Made by a program: the position numbers and the translations under genes. Positions 10,495 to 21,416 of a stretch of 32,000 bases of DNA are shown here, in pieces. The stretch is from Candidatus Saccharimonadota bacterium. GTDB taxonomy: Bacteria; Pseudomonadota; Alphaproteobacteria; Rickettsiales; Anaplasmataceae. The stretch is taken from positions 660,001 through 692,000 of the forward strand of contig CP085695.1 in the NCBI GenBank assembly GCA_029715105.1, read 5' to 3'. The notes under the pieces are model-generated. The model searched no databases and was not told the DNA's origin. It saw only the letters and a list, made by a program, of their open reading frames with translations. Positions within the stretch are counted from its first letter, which is position 1. Every line of letters begins with the position of its first letter.

Positions 10495-11598
10495 TTAACC
10501 ATTTACTCCTCCTGCAAGTTTCTCTGCTTCACTTCTTGAAATTAATACATCAATAAACTCATCTAATTCACCTTCCTTTATAACTTGTTCTAACCTGTGT
10601 GAAGTAAAATTAATTCTATGATCTGTTATTCTTGATTGTGGAAAATTATAAGTTCTTATACGCTCAGAACGATCTCCAGAACCTATTTGATTTTTCCTCA
10701 TAGTTGATCTTTCTTTCTCTTTTTTTTGTCTTCTAATTTCATATAATCTTGCTCTCAATACTTTAAGGGCCTTAGCTTTATTTTTATGTTGCGATTTTTC
10801 ATCTTGCTGTACTACAACTATCCCACTTGGAAGGTGAGTAATTCTTACCGCACTATCAGTTGTATTTACTGATTGCCCTCCTGGACCACTAGACCTATAA
10901 ACATCTATCCGTAAATCTTTTTCTTCTATTTTAAAATCAATTTCTTCAACTTCTGGCAATACTGCAATAGTAGCTGCTGAAGTATGTAGTCTCCCTGAAG
11001 ATTCAGTTTCCGGTACTCTTTGCACCCTATGTACCCCTGATTCAAATTTTAATCTTGCAAAAACCTCTGTTCCATTAATAAGTGCAGAAGCTTCCTTGTG
11101 TCCACCCATACCTGTACTTGAAATACTTATTGGTTCAAATTTCCAATTTTTCCTCTCAGAATATTTTTGATACATACGAAATAACATTGCCGCAAATAAT
11201 GCTGCCTCTTCTCCGCCAGTACCAGCTCTAATCTCTAATATTACATTTTTTGAATCATCTTCATCTTTAGACAAGAGTGCTAATTCTAATTTAGATTTTA
11301 TTTTTAGCAATAATCTTTGCCTCTCAAAGAGTTCTTCTCTTGCTAATTCTTTTATATCATTTTCGCTACTTTCATCTCTAATGATCTCCTCTAAATCTAA
11401 AACTTCTTCTTTTAAAGAATTATACTCATCAATTATTTCAATAATTGGCTTAAGCTCAGAATATTCTCTTGAAAGATTAATAAATTCTTTATGATTTAAA
11501 TCGGTGATAAAATTCTCTAATCTCTTCCCTATATTGTTAAATTTTTTTTTTAAATCTTGTAAATTATTTTCTATATCAGTATGAATTGAGCGTGACAT
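10495..11598 (-). CDS. prfA: Peptide chain release factor 1 (start moved to [12 protein letters not shown])
   Basis: [26 protein letters not shown] carries the PxT stop-codon recognition tripeptide. [24 protein letters not shown] carries the GGQ motif. The ATG is at 11598..11596. Confidence 0.9.
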   Translation of the reverse strand: MSRSIHTDIENNLQDLKKKFNNIGKRLENFITDLNHKEFINLSREYSELKPIIEIIDEYNSLKEEVLDLEEIIRDESSENDIKELAREELFERQRLLLKIKSKLELALLSKDEDDSKNVILEIRAGTGGEEAALFAAMLFRMYQKYSERKNWKFEPISISSTGMGGHKEASALINGTEVFARLKFESGVHRVQRVPETESSGRLHTSAATIAVLPEVEEIDFKIEEKDLRIDVYRSSGPGGQSVNTTDSAVRITHLPSGIVVVQQDEKSQHKNKAKALKVLRARLYEIRRQKKEKERSTMRKNQIGSGDRSERIRTYNFPQSRITDHRINFTSHRLEQVIKEGELDEFIDVLISRSEAEKLAGGVNG

Positions 11599-12222
11599 AA
11601 TACAAATACACTTAAACAAAACCTTCGACAAAAACAACTAAATAAATATATAAAATATACATTAGTGACCAATACCTCAACATTTTTTAAATTTTTATAT
11701 TTAATCGAATTCAAATTATAAGATCCCCATTTTTCTATAAAATTACCACTAAATAAACTTATCTTAAACATAATGTAAAGGAATCCAAATGCTATTAGAA
11801 CAACTCTTACTACTCCTCAATTAAGGGAGTGAATTACACACTTCATATTTATATTCACATACCTAAACATATGCCTAAATATGAGAATTAATCTTTTGCT
11901 CTCATTTTAATCATGAAGTAACCATTTTACAAAGTAAAACAACACAACTTATAAAAAATAATATTATGGATTATATTTAACTCGAAACTTAAGATAAGTT
12001 TTGTATTTATAAAAATAATAAAAACAAAACTTAAATTAAAAATAATAGACAAAATTTGTTGATTACGTGTAATAAAATTAACTTAATGCATGCTTTAATA
12101 AAAATCAAAAAAATCTTAATTCCTCTCTAAGAAAAATTCAAAAATAGATTAATGATAAAAATACATCAACTCATCACTTAATAAACGCACTAATTAATAT
12201 GAAACATTAAATAAAAAGAAAA

Positions 12223-13134
12223 ATGAAAAATAATAAATTTTCAAGAAATAAGATACATTTTAAACAAAAAGCAGAAATATTGCTCGAAGTACTTTCTAAT
12301 ATACCAACTTTCGTTGGCGAAACTTTCGTTATTAAATGTAGTAACATAACAATTTCAGACAAAACACTACTTAACTCTTTTGTACATAATGTTATCTTAT
12401 TAAAACAACTTGGTATAAATCCAGTTGTAATTCATGATGGAGAATATGAAATTAATTCTGTATTAAAAGCTTTAGGCATGAATAATAAAATTATAAACAA
12501 TACTAGACTTACAGATAAAGATACCATAAAAATCATTGAAATGGCACTATGTGGCTCAGTTAATAAAAAAATTGTTCATCACATAAATAATGCTGGTGGT
12601 TCAGCAATTGGATTATCTGGAAAAGATGGTAGCCTAATAAAAGCAGAAAAAGCGAGTATCTTTTTCAAAGAAAATGAATCAAGCAATATTGAAAAAATAT
12701 TAGATATGGGATTCATTGGAATACCAACTGAAATCAATCCTGATATATTGTTTTTTTTTGAAGAATCAGATTTTATACCAGTTATCGCATCTATTGGTTA
12801 TGGTATAAATAAAGAAACATATCATCTTGATGCAAACAGTACAGCAAGTGCCGTAGCGATTGCTATCTCTGCATCTAAAATGATAACCTTTAGTGATGTA
12901 TATGAAAAAATAGATAAAATTGGTAGTAAAAAAATATCTGTTAAAAATCTAAATGCATCGATTAATTGCGGTAAAATTAAAGAGGAAAAACTTATCAAAA
13001 AGCTTATGACGTGTGCTAAAATGGTAGAAGAATGTTCTGGAACTGCTCATATAGTTAATAGCAGAATACCTAATATTCTAATTGACATATTTACTGAAGA
13101 TAACCTGAGCATATCAATTGTGCACGACATATAA
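12223..13134 (+). CDS. argB: Acetylglutamate kinase-like amino-acid kinase family protein (divergent)
   Basis: Overall it is collinear with NAGK: VIK....., NPVVIH...., RLTDKDT, MALCGSVNKKIV, GGSAIGLSGKDG, IPVIASIG, LDANSTASAVA. The glycine-rich catalytic motifs are replaced (see findings). Confidence 0.65.
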   Translation: MKNNKFSRNKIHFKQKAEILLEVLSNIPTFVGETFVIKCSNITISDKTLLNSFVHNVILLKQLGINPVVIHDGEYEINSVLKALGMNNKIINNTRLTDKDTIKIIEMALCGSVNKKIVHHINNAGGSAIGLSGKDGSLIKAEKASIFFKENESSNIEKILDMGFIGIPTEINPDILFFFEESDFIPVIASIGYGINKETYHLDANSTASAVAIAISASKMITFSDVYEKIDKIGSKKISVKNLNASINCGKIKEEKLIKKLMTCAKMVEECSGTAHIVNSRIPNILIDIFTEDNLSISIVHDI

Positions 13135-13389
13135 AATTGTATACAATATTAATTATATAAACCATATAAAAAGCAGTGTACCTAATTTCAGACAAACAAC
13201 GTGATGACTTATATATTATAAAATAACCAACAGATCTTCTTTATATCTAAAAATCTTCTCTATCTATTGCCATTAGCTTCCATCTGGCAAAATAGATTAT
13301 AAAATTCCATATCTTAGCAAAATTTATTATCTTGAAAAGATAAAATTTTGATGCTATCTATCTATCATAGATTTCTATATATTTATACT

Positions 13390-14640
13390 ATGAGTGTAAA
13401 AAATAAGAAAGCATATAATTCCAAGGTAAAATTACCAATATTTCTCGATTATCAATCTACTACTAAAGTAGATCCTCGTGTTTTAGAAAAAATGATACCT
13501 TATTTCAGTAAGTTTAGTAATGCACATTCTCGTAGTCATTCATTTGGATGGGCAGCTGAAGAAGCATTAGAAAAAGCAAGAAAATATATTGCTAATCTAG
13601 TTAATGCTGATAGCAAAGAAATTATTTTTACCTCAGGTGCAACTGAATCAAATAATACCGCAATAAAAGGTGTTGCTCACTTTTATAGAAATAAAAAAGA
13701 TCATATAATAACAGTCTATACAGAACATAAATGTGTCTTAGATTCTTGTCGACAGCTAGAAAACGAAGGCTTTAAAGTTACATACTTACCTGTTAAACAA
13801 AATGGAATTATAGATTTATCAAACCTTGAAAATGCGATTAACAATAAAACAATTCTCGTTTCAATAATGATGGTAAATAACGAAATAGGTGTAGTACAAC
13901 CAATAAAAGAAATTGGCGTAATATGTAAAAAATATAACATATTTTTTCATACAGATGCAGCTCAAAGCTTTGGAAAAATACCAATCGATGTTAATGAAAT
14001 GAATATTGATCTTATGAGTATTTCTAGTCATAAAATTTACGGACCTATGGGAATAGGTGCATTATATATACGAAGAAAAAACCCTCGTGTTAGATTAATA
14101 CCACTAATTAATGGTGGTGGACAGGAAAGAGGTATACGATCAGGAACAGTTCCAACTCCACTTGCAGTTGGTTTTGGTGAAGCAGCACGTATTGCTAGAG
14201 AAGAAATGGAAACAGAAGCAATTAAATTAAAAGAATTAAGGGATATCTTATATAACGAAATAAAAAAAACATTTCCCGATGTTATTTTAAATGGTGATTA
14301 TGAAAACAGAGTTTCTGGAAATTTAAACCTAAGTTTTCCATATATTGAAGGCGAATCTCTTATTATGGCAATTAAAGACTTAGCGGTAAGTTCAGGTTCT
14401 GCATGTACATCTGCATCTCTTGAACCTTCTTATGTTATAAGATCACTAAATAATAACCACGACCTTGAACACTCATCAATCAGATTTGGTCTTGGTAGAT
14501 TTACAACTAAAGATGAAATCTTATATGCAGCAAACCTTATTACTAAAAATATTGGACGACTAAGAGAAATGAGCCCGCTATGGGAAATGGTCCAAGAAGG
14601 AATAGATTTAAATACTGTAAAATGGGATTCTCCTCACTAA
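13390..14640 (+). CDS. iscS: Cysteine desulfurase IscS/NifS type I (start moved to MSVKNKK)
   Basis: Motifs are [41 protein letters not shown] (PLP lysine), [16 protein letters not shown] (catalytic Cys loop) and the C-terminal SPLWEM. The ATG is at 13390. Confidence 0.9.
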   Translation: MSVKNKKAYNSKVKLPIFLDYQSTTKVDPRVLEKMIPYFSKFSNAHSRSHSFGWAAEEALEKARKYIANLVNADSKEIIFTSGATESNNTAIKGVAHFYRNKKDHIITVYTEHKCVLDSCRQLENEGFKVTYLPVKQNGIIDLSNLENAINNKTILVSIMMVNNEIGVVQPIKEIGVICKKYNIFFHTDAAQSFGKIPIDVNEMNIDLMSISSHKIYGPMGIGALYIRRKNPRVRLIPLINGGGQERGIRSGTVPTPLAVGFGEAARIAREEMETEAIKLKELRDILYNEIKKTFPDVILNGDYENRVSGNLNLSFPYIEGESLIMAIKDLAVSSGSACTSASLEPSYVIRSLNNNHDLEHSSIRFGLGRFTTKDEILYAANLITKNIGRLREMSPLWEMVQEGIDLNTVKWDSPH

Positions 14641-14646
14641 CTCAAC

Positions 14647-14671
14647 TTATAACCATTTTGAATGGTTATAA
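14647..14671. terminator. Perfect 11-bp-stem hairpin between convergent iscS and tRNA-Val
   Basis: ttataaccatt-ttg-aatggttataa begins 7 nt after the iscS stop. Every stem position pairs by my base-by-base check. There is no flanking T tract on either strand, so terminator function is inferred only. Confidence 0.35.
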
Positions 14672-14980
14672 ATTACAAAAAATTCTCTAACTTTATCATA
14701 ATCTTCTTTAACATGGATTTATATAAAACATACAAACACCTCTTTATAAATGAACACAATCTCATTTTAGATGATCATAAAAGAAAATATATAAGCAAAA
14801 AAACTCCCGATTGCTAATGTGACCTTCTCATCTTTACCTAACCTACTAACAGAAACACCCCTATATACACACGCTATCAAATTCTTCCTTTTTATAGCGG
14901 AGAATTTATTTATTATTCCTACACTTATACTCAATTTATATCCTCTCTAAAATATATAATTTTTTAAAAATCAAACGCAA

Positions 14981-15053
14981 TGGGCAATGACAGATTCGAA
15001 CTGACGACCTCCTCGGTGTAAACGAGATGCTCTACCAGCTAAGCTAATTGCCC
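14981..15053 (-). tRNA. tRNA-Val (anticodon UAC)
   Basis: The reverse complement is GGGCAAT-TA-GCTT-AGCTGGTA-GAGC-A-TCTCG-TTTACAC-CGAGG-AGGTC-GTCAG-TTCGAAT-CTGTC-ATTGCCC-A. It folds as a cloverleaf with a 7-bp acceptor stem, anticodon loop TT-TAC-AC and TTCGAAT T-loop. There is one T-T mismatch in the T stem, and CCA is not encoded. Confidence 0.85.
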
Positions 15054-15123
15054 AAATAAATTCTAAAACTCAATACTATTTTTGTAAATAAAAATTAAGA
15101 CTTTATAATTTTACAATTTCTAA

Positions 15124-15153
15124 TTGACCACTCATTTAACTAAATGTTAGTAT
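15124..15153 (+). promoter_or_regulatory. Candidate sigma-70-type promoter for gyrA
   Basis: TTGACC (15124..15129) is followed by an 18-nt spacer and TAGTAT (15148..15153), about 28 nt upstream of the gyrA start. Such matches arise easily in AT-rich DNA. Confidence 0.25.
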
Positions 15154-15180
15154 TAAAAACTATTTCTACTTCTCAAAAGT

Positions 15181-17868
15181 ATGATGCAAAATAATATAGT
15201 ACCAGTTTCAATAGTAAAAGAATTAGAAAACTCTTATTTATCTTATGCAATGAGCGTAATAATAAGTAGAGCTATACCTGACGTACGTGATGGGTTTAAA
15301 CCAGTACACAGACGAATATTATATGCAATGTTTAAAGCTGGATATGATGCTAATAAACCATATAAGAAAGCAGCTCGTATAGTCGGAGACGTAATGGGCA
15401 AATATCATCCGCATGGTGATATGGCTATCTACAATTCTTTAGTTAGAATGGCCCAAAACTTTTCTCTTCTTCTACCACTCATTGATGGGCAAGGTAATTT
15501 TGGTTCAATAGATGGAGATCCACCAGCCTCAATGCGATATACAGAAGCAAGACTTCATAATGTTTCGCATTTTTTATTAAATGATATCGATGAAGATACA
15601 GTTGATTTTAAACCAAATTATGATGGGAATGAAATAGAACCAGTTGTTCTTCCCGTAGAATTTCCAAATCTTTTGGTAAATGGTGCTAGCGGCGTTGCGG
15701 TGGGTATGGCAACAAATATTCCTTCTCATAACCTCGGAGAAGTAATTGATGCTTGCATATTATATATAGACAACCCAAAAGTAACATTAGATGAACTACT
15801 CAAGATAATACCAGGACCAGATTTTCCAACTGGAGGAATAATTCTAGGCAAATCTGGAATAAAATCAGCATTCGCTACAGGACGGGGCTCAATTGTTATA
15901 CAGGGCAGAACTCATATAGAAGATCTTCCACAAGATAGACAAGCAGTAGTTATTGATGAAATACCTTATCAAGTAAATAAAATAAAACTAATCGAAAAAA
16001 TAGGAGAACTAATAAAAGAAAAAAAAATCAACGGCATAACTGAGATTCGAGACGAATCAGATAAATCCGGAATTAGAATAGTAATCGATCTTAGAAAGAA
16101 TACTGCAGCAGATTTTATACTGAATCAAATACTAGTTCTTACTCCACTAAGAAGTAGTTTTAATATCAATACTTTAGTTCTTGACAAAAAAAAACCAGTT
16201 CTAATGTCACTAAAAGAAATGATTGCCGCTTTTATTAACTTTAGAAAAGAAGTACTAATTAGGAAAATAGAATTTCGTCTAAAAAAAACAAGGGAAAAAG
16301 CCCATATACATATTGGGCTCTATATCGCAATCTTAAATATAGATGAAATAATAAAAATTATACTTATTGCAAAAAATTATGAAAAAGCGAGCAAAAAACT
16401 TTCAAATGGAAAATGGAAAATTTCAAAAAAAATAAATACAATCATTAACCTAATTTCAAATAATGAAAATTTTTTTAAAAATGGAGTTTACAAATTAACT
16501 GAGTCACAAATTAAAGCTATTCTTGACATAAAATTGCAGCGCCTAACAGGACTTGAAAAAATTAAATTGGAAACTGAATTAAATTCAATGATTAATCTAA
16601 TAAAAGATTATACTACTTTCCTTAATTCAGAAGAAAAATTAATGAAAGAAATCAAAAATAACTTACAAGAAATAAAAAATAAGTTTGCAGTACCACGAAA
16701 AACCTCAATAAAGGAATCAGACATAAATATCGAAGCCGAAAGCCTTATTCCACAAGAAGATATGGTAATAACCGTAACTATGAATGGTTATATTAAACGT
16801 GTAAAACTTTCTCATTATAAAATTCAACGCCGGGGCGGGAAAGGAAAATTGGGACAAGGATTGAAGGAAAAAGATGTAATTACAAAATTATTTGTTGAAA
16901 ACACTCACACTAATCTTTTATTCTTCTCAAATATTGGTAAAGTTTATAGATTGAAAGTCTACAAATTACCTCTTGCAGAACCAACAGCGCGCGGAAGAGC
17001 ATTAATTAATATATTTCCTCTTATTGAAGGTGAAACCATTACTAATATCATGCCACTTCCAAGTGAAAATGATAAAAATCAAAATATAATCTTTGCTACA
17101 TCTTATGGAAGTATAAGACGTAACTCTTTATCAGATTTTCTCTACATACCAAGTAATGGAAAGATAGCAATTAAACTTAATAAAGGAGATAAACTAGTAT
17201 CAGTCAAAGTATGCAACGAAACTAATCATGTTTTACTTTCAACAATACTTGGAAAAAGCATTAGATTTATCGTAAGTGATGTTCGCCAATTTAAAAGTCG
17301 TAATTCAGATGGTGTAAGGGGAATTAAACTTATAAAAAATGACAGCGTAATATCTATTACCATGCTAAACGGTATAAATATAGCAGCAGAAATAAAAGAA
17401 CTTTACCTAAAAATCCCGCTTATAAAGAGATTAGAAGCCGCTGTTAATAATACAGTTAACTCTAAATTAAAAAAAATTTTAAATAACTTAGGAATAAATA
17501 GCGAACTTTTCTTAAAACTTGCAATAAATGAAGAATTTATACTAACTATTACCGAAAATGGATTTGGTAAAAGAACTTCCGCATACGAATATAGGGTAAC
17601 AAATAGAGGTGGTGTCGGTATCACAAATATTCTCACTACCAATAGAAATGGTAATGTTATCGCTAGTTTTCCAGTTGAACATAATGACAATGTAATGCTA
17701 ATTACAGATAAAGGAAAATTAATCCGCATTCCAGTAAATGATATTAGAATTACAGGACGAAGCACTCAAGGAGTCACTTTATTTAAAACAAAAAGTAAAG
17801 AAAAAGTGGTATCAGCTGCAAAAATTGAGGATCATGCCAATCCTTGTAAAAAAAGTATTCCATCTTAA
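15181..17868 (+). CDS. gyrA: DNA gyrase subunit A
   Basis: Motifs are YAMSVIISRAIPDVRDGFKPVHRRILYAM, the QRDR HPHGDMAIYNSLVRMAQ, the catalytic-Tyr region MRYTEARL, and the GyrA box QRRGGKG in the C-terminal beta-pinwheel region. Confidence 0.95.
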   Translation: MMQNNIVPVSIVKELENSYLSYAMSVIISRAIPDVRDGFKPVHRRILYAMFKAGYDANKPYKKAARIVGDVMGKYHPHGDMAIYNSLVRMAQNFSLLLPLIDGQGNFGSIDGDPPASMRYTEARLHNVSHFLLNDIDEDTVDFKPNYDGNEIEPVVLPVEFPNLLVNGASGVAVGMATNIPSHNLGEVIDACILYIDNPKVTLDELLKIIPGPDFPTGGIILGKSGIKSAFATGRGSIVIQGRTHIEDLPQDRQAVVIDEIPYQVNKIKLIEKIGELIKEKKINGITEIRDESDKSGIRIVIDLRKNTAADFILNQILVLTPLRSSFNINTLVLDKKKPVLMSLKEMIAAFINFRKEVLIRKIEFRLKKTREKAHIHIGLYIAILNIDEIIKIILIAKNYEKASKKLSNGKWKISKKINTIINLISNNENFFKNGVYKLTESQIKAILDIKLQRLTGLEKIKLETELNSMINLIKDYTTFLNSEEKLMKEIKNNLQEIKNKFAVPRKTSIKESDINIEAESLIPQEDMVITVTMNGYIKRVKLSHYKIQRRGGKGKLGQGLKEKDVITKLFVENTHTNLLFFSNIGKVYRLKVYKLPLAEPTARGRALINIFPLIEGETITNIMPLPSENDKNQNIIFATSYGSIRRNSLSDFLYIPSNGKIAIKLNKGDKLVSVKVCNETNHVLLSTILGKSIRFIVSDVRQFKSRNSDGVRGIKLIKNDSVISITMLNGINIAAEIKELYLKIPLIKRLEAAVNNTVNSKLKKILNNLGINSELFLKLAINEEFILTITENGFGKRTSAYEYRVTNRGGVGITNILTTNRNGNVIASFPVEHNDNVMLITDKGKLIRIPVNDIRITGRSTQGVTLFKTKSKEKVVSAAKIEDHANPCKKSIPS

Positions 17869-17946
17869 AATACCAATAATTGATACAAGTTTTTGTTGAT
17901 AATTTACACTATTCTAATTACAATGCACTCATAACAAAACAGAAAA

Positions 17947-18528
17947 ATGAATAAAAAACTTTTAATAGCTAAAAAAACTAAAAGAAAATCTCAAAATAAG
18001 GATACCACTAAAAATAAAAGTAGGAGGGATTTCATAACGTTAACTACGTGCGCTATGACTGGTATAGGAGTCATAGGTGGACTTTGGCCACTAATTAAAT
18101 CTATGAGTCCTTCCGCTGAAATTTTAGCGGCATCCACCGTTGAAGTTAATCTAACTGATATCCAAGAAGGACAAGCAAAAAAAGTAAAATGGCGTGGTAA
18201 GCCAGTATTCATTCGTAAACGTACAAAACAAGAAATTGAAACATCAAGAGCAATCGATATAAAAAATTTACGAGATCCTCAATCAGACGAACAAAGAGTG
18301 CATAAGGGAAAAGAAGAATGGTTAATTATGATTGGAATATGTACTCACCTTGGATGTGTACCAGTTAATTATGTTACAAAAGACGGCAACGGTTGGTTTT
18401 GTCCTTGTCACGGATCATATTATGATGCATCGGGACGAGTTATTGGAGGACCAGCACCAAAAAATATGGCTATACCTGACTATTTCTTTTTAAATGAAAA
18501 CATTGTAATAATCGGCAAAAAATCCTGA
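17947..18528 (+). CDS. petA: Ubiquinol-cytochrome c reductase Rieske iron-sulfur subunit
   Basis: Twin-arginine-like N-terminus (SRRDFITLT) plus a TM helix. Rieske boxes are CTHLGCVP and CPCHGSYYD. Confidence 0.9.
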   Translation: MNKKLLIAKKTKRKSQNKDTTKNKSRRDFITLTTCAMTGIGVIGGLWPLIKSMSPSAEILAASTVEVNLTDIQEGQAKKVKWRGKPVFIRKRTKQEIETSRAIDIKNLRDPQSDEQRVHKGKEEWLIMIGICTHLGCVPVNYVTKDGNGWFCPCHGSYYDASGRVIGGPAPKNMAIPDYFFLNENIVIIGKKS

Positions 18529-19474
18529 TACTTTACCCATAATATCTTTACTTATTTTACTTAAAAAAAATTTAGAAAATCGTAAAAGAAAAAGAGAAAT
18601 AACCTAACACACGAAATATATAAAATACATAATGAACTGTTTTATTTTTATAGTTTTATAAAATCTCCTAAATTATAACCTAATTTACTTTTACTATAAT
18701 TATATCTGTCTATCAAAGTCTCACTAACAGTTAAAACCATAAATATTATTTTTAACCCCTTAACTTTTTATATATAATAAACAAACTATCATCTTCTATT
18801 ATAATATTATGCTATTTTAACTAAAAAAATCTAGACAAAACCTTACGTAAAGATAAGAATAAAATATAAAATATAAAACAAATCTTAATAAGGCTTAATC
18901 GTGAAAATTGATAAAAAGATTATTCAATTACAATCACTAACCTCTTCTAATGATCGTGTAAAATATGATAGTAAATTAAAAATACTAGAAAATTCATATG
19001 CACTTATGAGCAAATTACTACAATAAAATTAAACGAAATTAAAGTAAAATATAGACAAAAATCAGATCAAACTCTAGAACACTTTTACAAAGTGCAAATA
19101 AATAAAAAGTTTAAAACACTTTAATCTTGAATGTAATTTAAGAATTTAAAATTAAAACATCAAAAGTTAACAAGCATTTAACAAAATGTAAAGTAAAAAG
19201 TAATAAAATCTATTTTAAATTATAAAATAATTGTTAATAAAAATTAAGAATCAAATAATTTCCTAAATATCAAAAATGTAAGATTTTGTGAGAAACATTA
19301 CTCATTGTAAACAAAAATATAAAATAAATAATTTTAGTTTTATAGACTCTATATTATAGAATATACTACAAATAAGTCATGCATTTTAAAACGAAACAAA
19401 ATAAATAATCTTGCCAAATAATAATATTATTATATATAATAACCTGATATATAACCAAAACTATAGAACTCATT

Positions 19475-20713
19475 TTAAGTTAAAACTTTTGATTTCACCC
19501 AATGATATAACTTACTTAATTTGCTATCCTGACCAAACACTTCAGAGCTTTTCCCATAAAAAGTATCAATTATTAATCTTATAGAACCTATAACAGCAGA
19601 AAACACAGGATTCTTGCTGTATTCAGTATCAAGGCCATTACATGATTTAGGATATCCAATACGAACTTGCTTGTTAAATACATAGCTTGCAATCTCCTTC
19701 ATACTTAAAAGCTGACTAGTTCCTCCCGTTATTACTACCTTATTAATTGTGTCTTTTTGCTCATAAAATTGCTCTTTTACTAGCTCAAGTATTTCCTCAA
19801 TTCTAGGTCTTATAATGTTAACAAGTTCAGATTTAAGTACTTGTATAGACTCATTGCTTTCATTACTTTGAATTGCAATATATTCGTCTTTATCTATTGA
19901 AGTTATAATAGTATTACCATATAATATTTTCATACGCTCTGCATGTTCTATATTTATACAAAGTCCATAAGCAATATCTCGAGTGATATAAATACCACCA
20001 ATTGGAATACTATCCGCATATATAAGTTTTCCTCTTTTAAAAATTCCAATCGCAGTAGAACCACCCCCTATATCAACAATAGCAGTTCCAAATTCCTTCT
20101 CATCTTCACTTAAACAAGCAAGACCTGCAGAATATGAGGAAGCAATACAACCTCCCATACTTAACCCACTATTATTAATTATGCAATTTTCAATATTAAT
20201 AAGTGCAGGACGAGAAGCAGTAACAACATTAACATCAACAGACAATTTTCTTCCATACAATCCACTAACTTCTTTTATATCTGTCATATCATCTAAATGA
20301 TATTTTATGGGTATATTGTGAATAATGACATTTTTCTCAATATATTTTTCAAAAGTTTGAAAAACTACACGCTTTATATCCCGATTAGAAATCTCATGAC
20401 TAGATGCAATAACTTCATTGTGCACATAAAAAGATGAAATTCCACATCCAGCAATATTAATGTACACCTGATCTATAGTTTCTTCTGAAACTCGTTCAGC
20501 TAAATCTATAGTTGATAGAACAGAATAATTCGCATATTTCGCATCGGTTATTGACCCCCCATTTATACCTTCTGAAATTTTGTAACCAATTCCTACTATT
20601 TTATAATTAATACTCCCAATAATCTTGACAACTAAACAAATAATCTTTGTTGTTCCTATATCTAAAACAGCAAAAACATTTCTTTTTGGTTTCACTATTA
20701 CTGCAGAATGCAT
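19475..20713 (-). CDS. ftsA: Cell division protein FtsA (start moved to MHSAVIVKPK)
   Basis: Actin-like ATPase motifs are present: AVLDIGTTKI (phosphate 1), VDIGGGSTAIGIF (phosphate 2) and ITGGTSQL (adenosine). The ATG is at 20713..20711; the tracked ORF extends 31 codons further into spacer. Confidence 0.85.
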   Translation of the reverse strand: MHSAVIVKPKRNVFAVLDIGTTKIICLVVKIIGSINYKIVGIGYKISEGINGGSITDAKYANYSVLSTIDLAERVSEETIDQVYINIAGCGISSFYVHNEVIASSHEISNRDIKRVVFQTFEKYIEKNVIIHNIPIKYHLDDMTDIKEVSGLYGRKLSVDVNVVTASRPALINIENCIINNSGLSMGGCIASSYSAGLACLSEDEKEFGTAIVDIGGGSTAIGIFKRGKLIYADSIPIGGIYITRDIAYGLCINIEHAERMKILYGNTIITSIDKDEYIAIQSNESNESIQVLKSELVNIIRPRIEEILELVKEQFYEQKDTINKVVITGGTSQLLSMKEIASYVFNKQVRIGYPKSCNGLDTEYSKNPVFSAVIGSIRLIIDTFYGKSSEVFGQDSKLSKLYHWVKSKVLT

Positions 20714-20867
20714 AATTATTAACTCCTCATTTATAAAAATTGCAGCATTTTTAATAACTCTCAATAATTTCTTATTCTTTATTAAAGACAAAGAAAATAA
20801 TAACATTTTAATATTATATTTCTAAACACTAGACAAAAAAAAAAATAAAACTTAAAGTTATAATTTT

Positions 20868-21416
20868 ATGTCTAAATTATCGATCTTAATTGCTCCAGAT
20901 AAAAGATTAAATACACGCGCAAATGAAGTAACAATTATAAACAATGAAATCAAAAAATTAGTAAATGATATGTTCGATACTATGTACCACACAAACGGTC
21001 TCGGTCTTGCTGCGGTTCAAGTTGGGGTATTGAAAAGAATTTTTGTTATGGACGTTGTTCATCTGAAGTCTACTACACACACTCCGACAGGATATAAATC
21101 AAGCGGAAAATTTTGTATGATTAATCCTAGAATTATTGAATCATCTGATGAGCAAGTAATTCTTGAAGAAGGATGTCTTTCAATACCAAAACAAAGCTAC
21201 GAAATTAAACGTTTAAATTATTTAACTGTAAAATATAGAGATTTAAATAATAAAGAACATACATTAAAGGCTAGCGGTTGGCTTGCAAGATGTATTCAAC
21301 ATGAAATAGACCACCTAAATGGTATCTTATATATTAAACATTTATCTAAATTAAAATATGATATAGCTATAAAAAAGGCACAAAAACTTAAAAAATACTA
21401 TGAACATAAACAATAA
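20868..21416 (+). CDS. def: Peptide deformylase
   Basis: All three PDF motifs are present: GLGLAAVQVG, EGCLS and QHEIDHLNG. Confidence 0.9.
   Translation: MSKLSILIAPDKRLNTRANEVTIINNEIKKLVNDMFDTMYHTNGLGLAAVQVGVLKRIFVMDVVHLKSTTHTPTGYKSSGKFCMINPRIIESSDEQVILEEGCLSIPKQSYEIKRLNYLTVKYRDLNNKEHTLKASGWLARCIQHEIDHLNGILYIKHLSKLKYDIAIKKAQKLKKYYEHKQ

Noticed and set aside
11020-11034. The RF1 recognition tripeptide reads PET rather than the textbook PAT or PVT
   Set aside because: The motif is defined as PxT with a variable middle residue. The rest of RF1, including GGQ, is intact, so this is not evidence of altered stop-codon decoding.
18901-19026. A 41-codon GTG-initiated ORF (VKIDKKIIQLQSLTSSNDRVKYDSKLKILENSYALMSKLLQ) in the petA-ftsA spacer
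   Set aside because: The composition is plausible, but it is too short to support and has only a weak aagg upstream. I recognise no homology. It would need conservation or ribosome-profiling evidence.
18529-19474. Possible petB (cytochrome b) pseudogene downstream of petA
   Set aside because: All frames are saturated with stops and no cytochrome b-like peptide fragment is visible. The spacer is also shorter than a petB gene.
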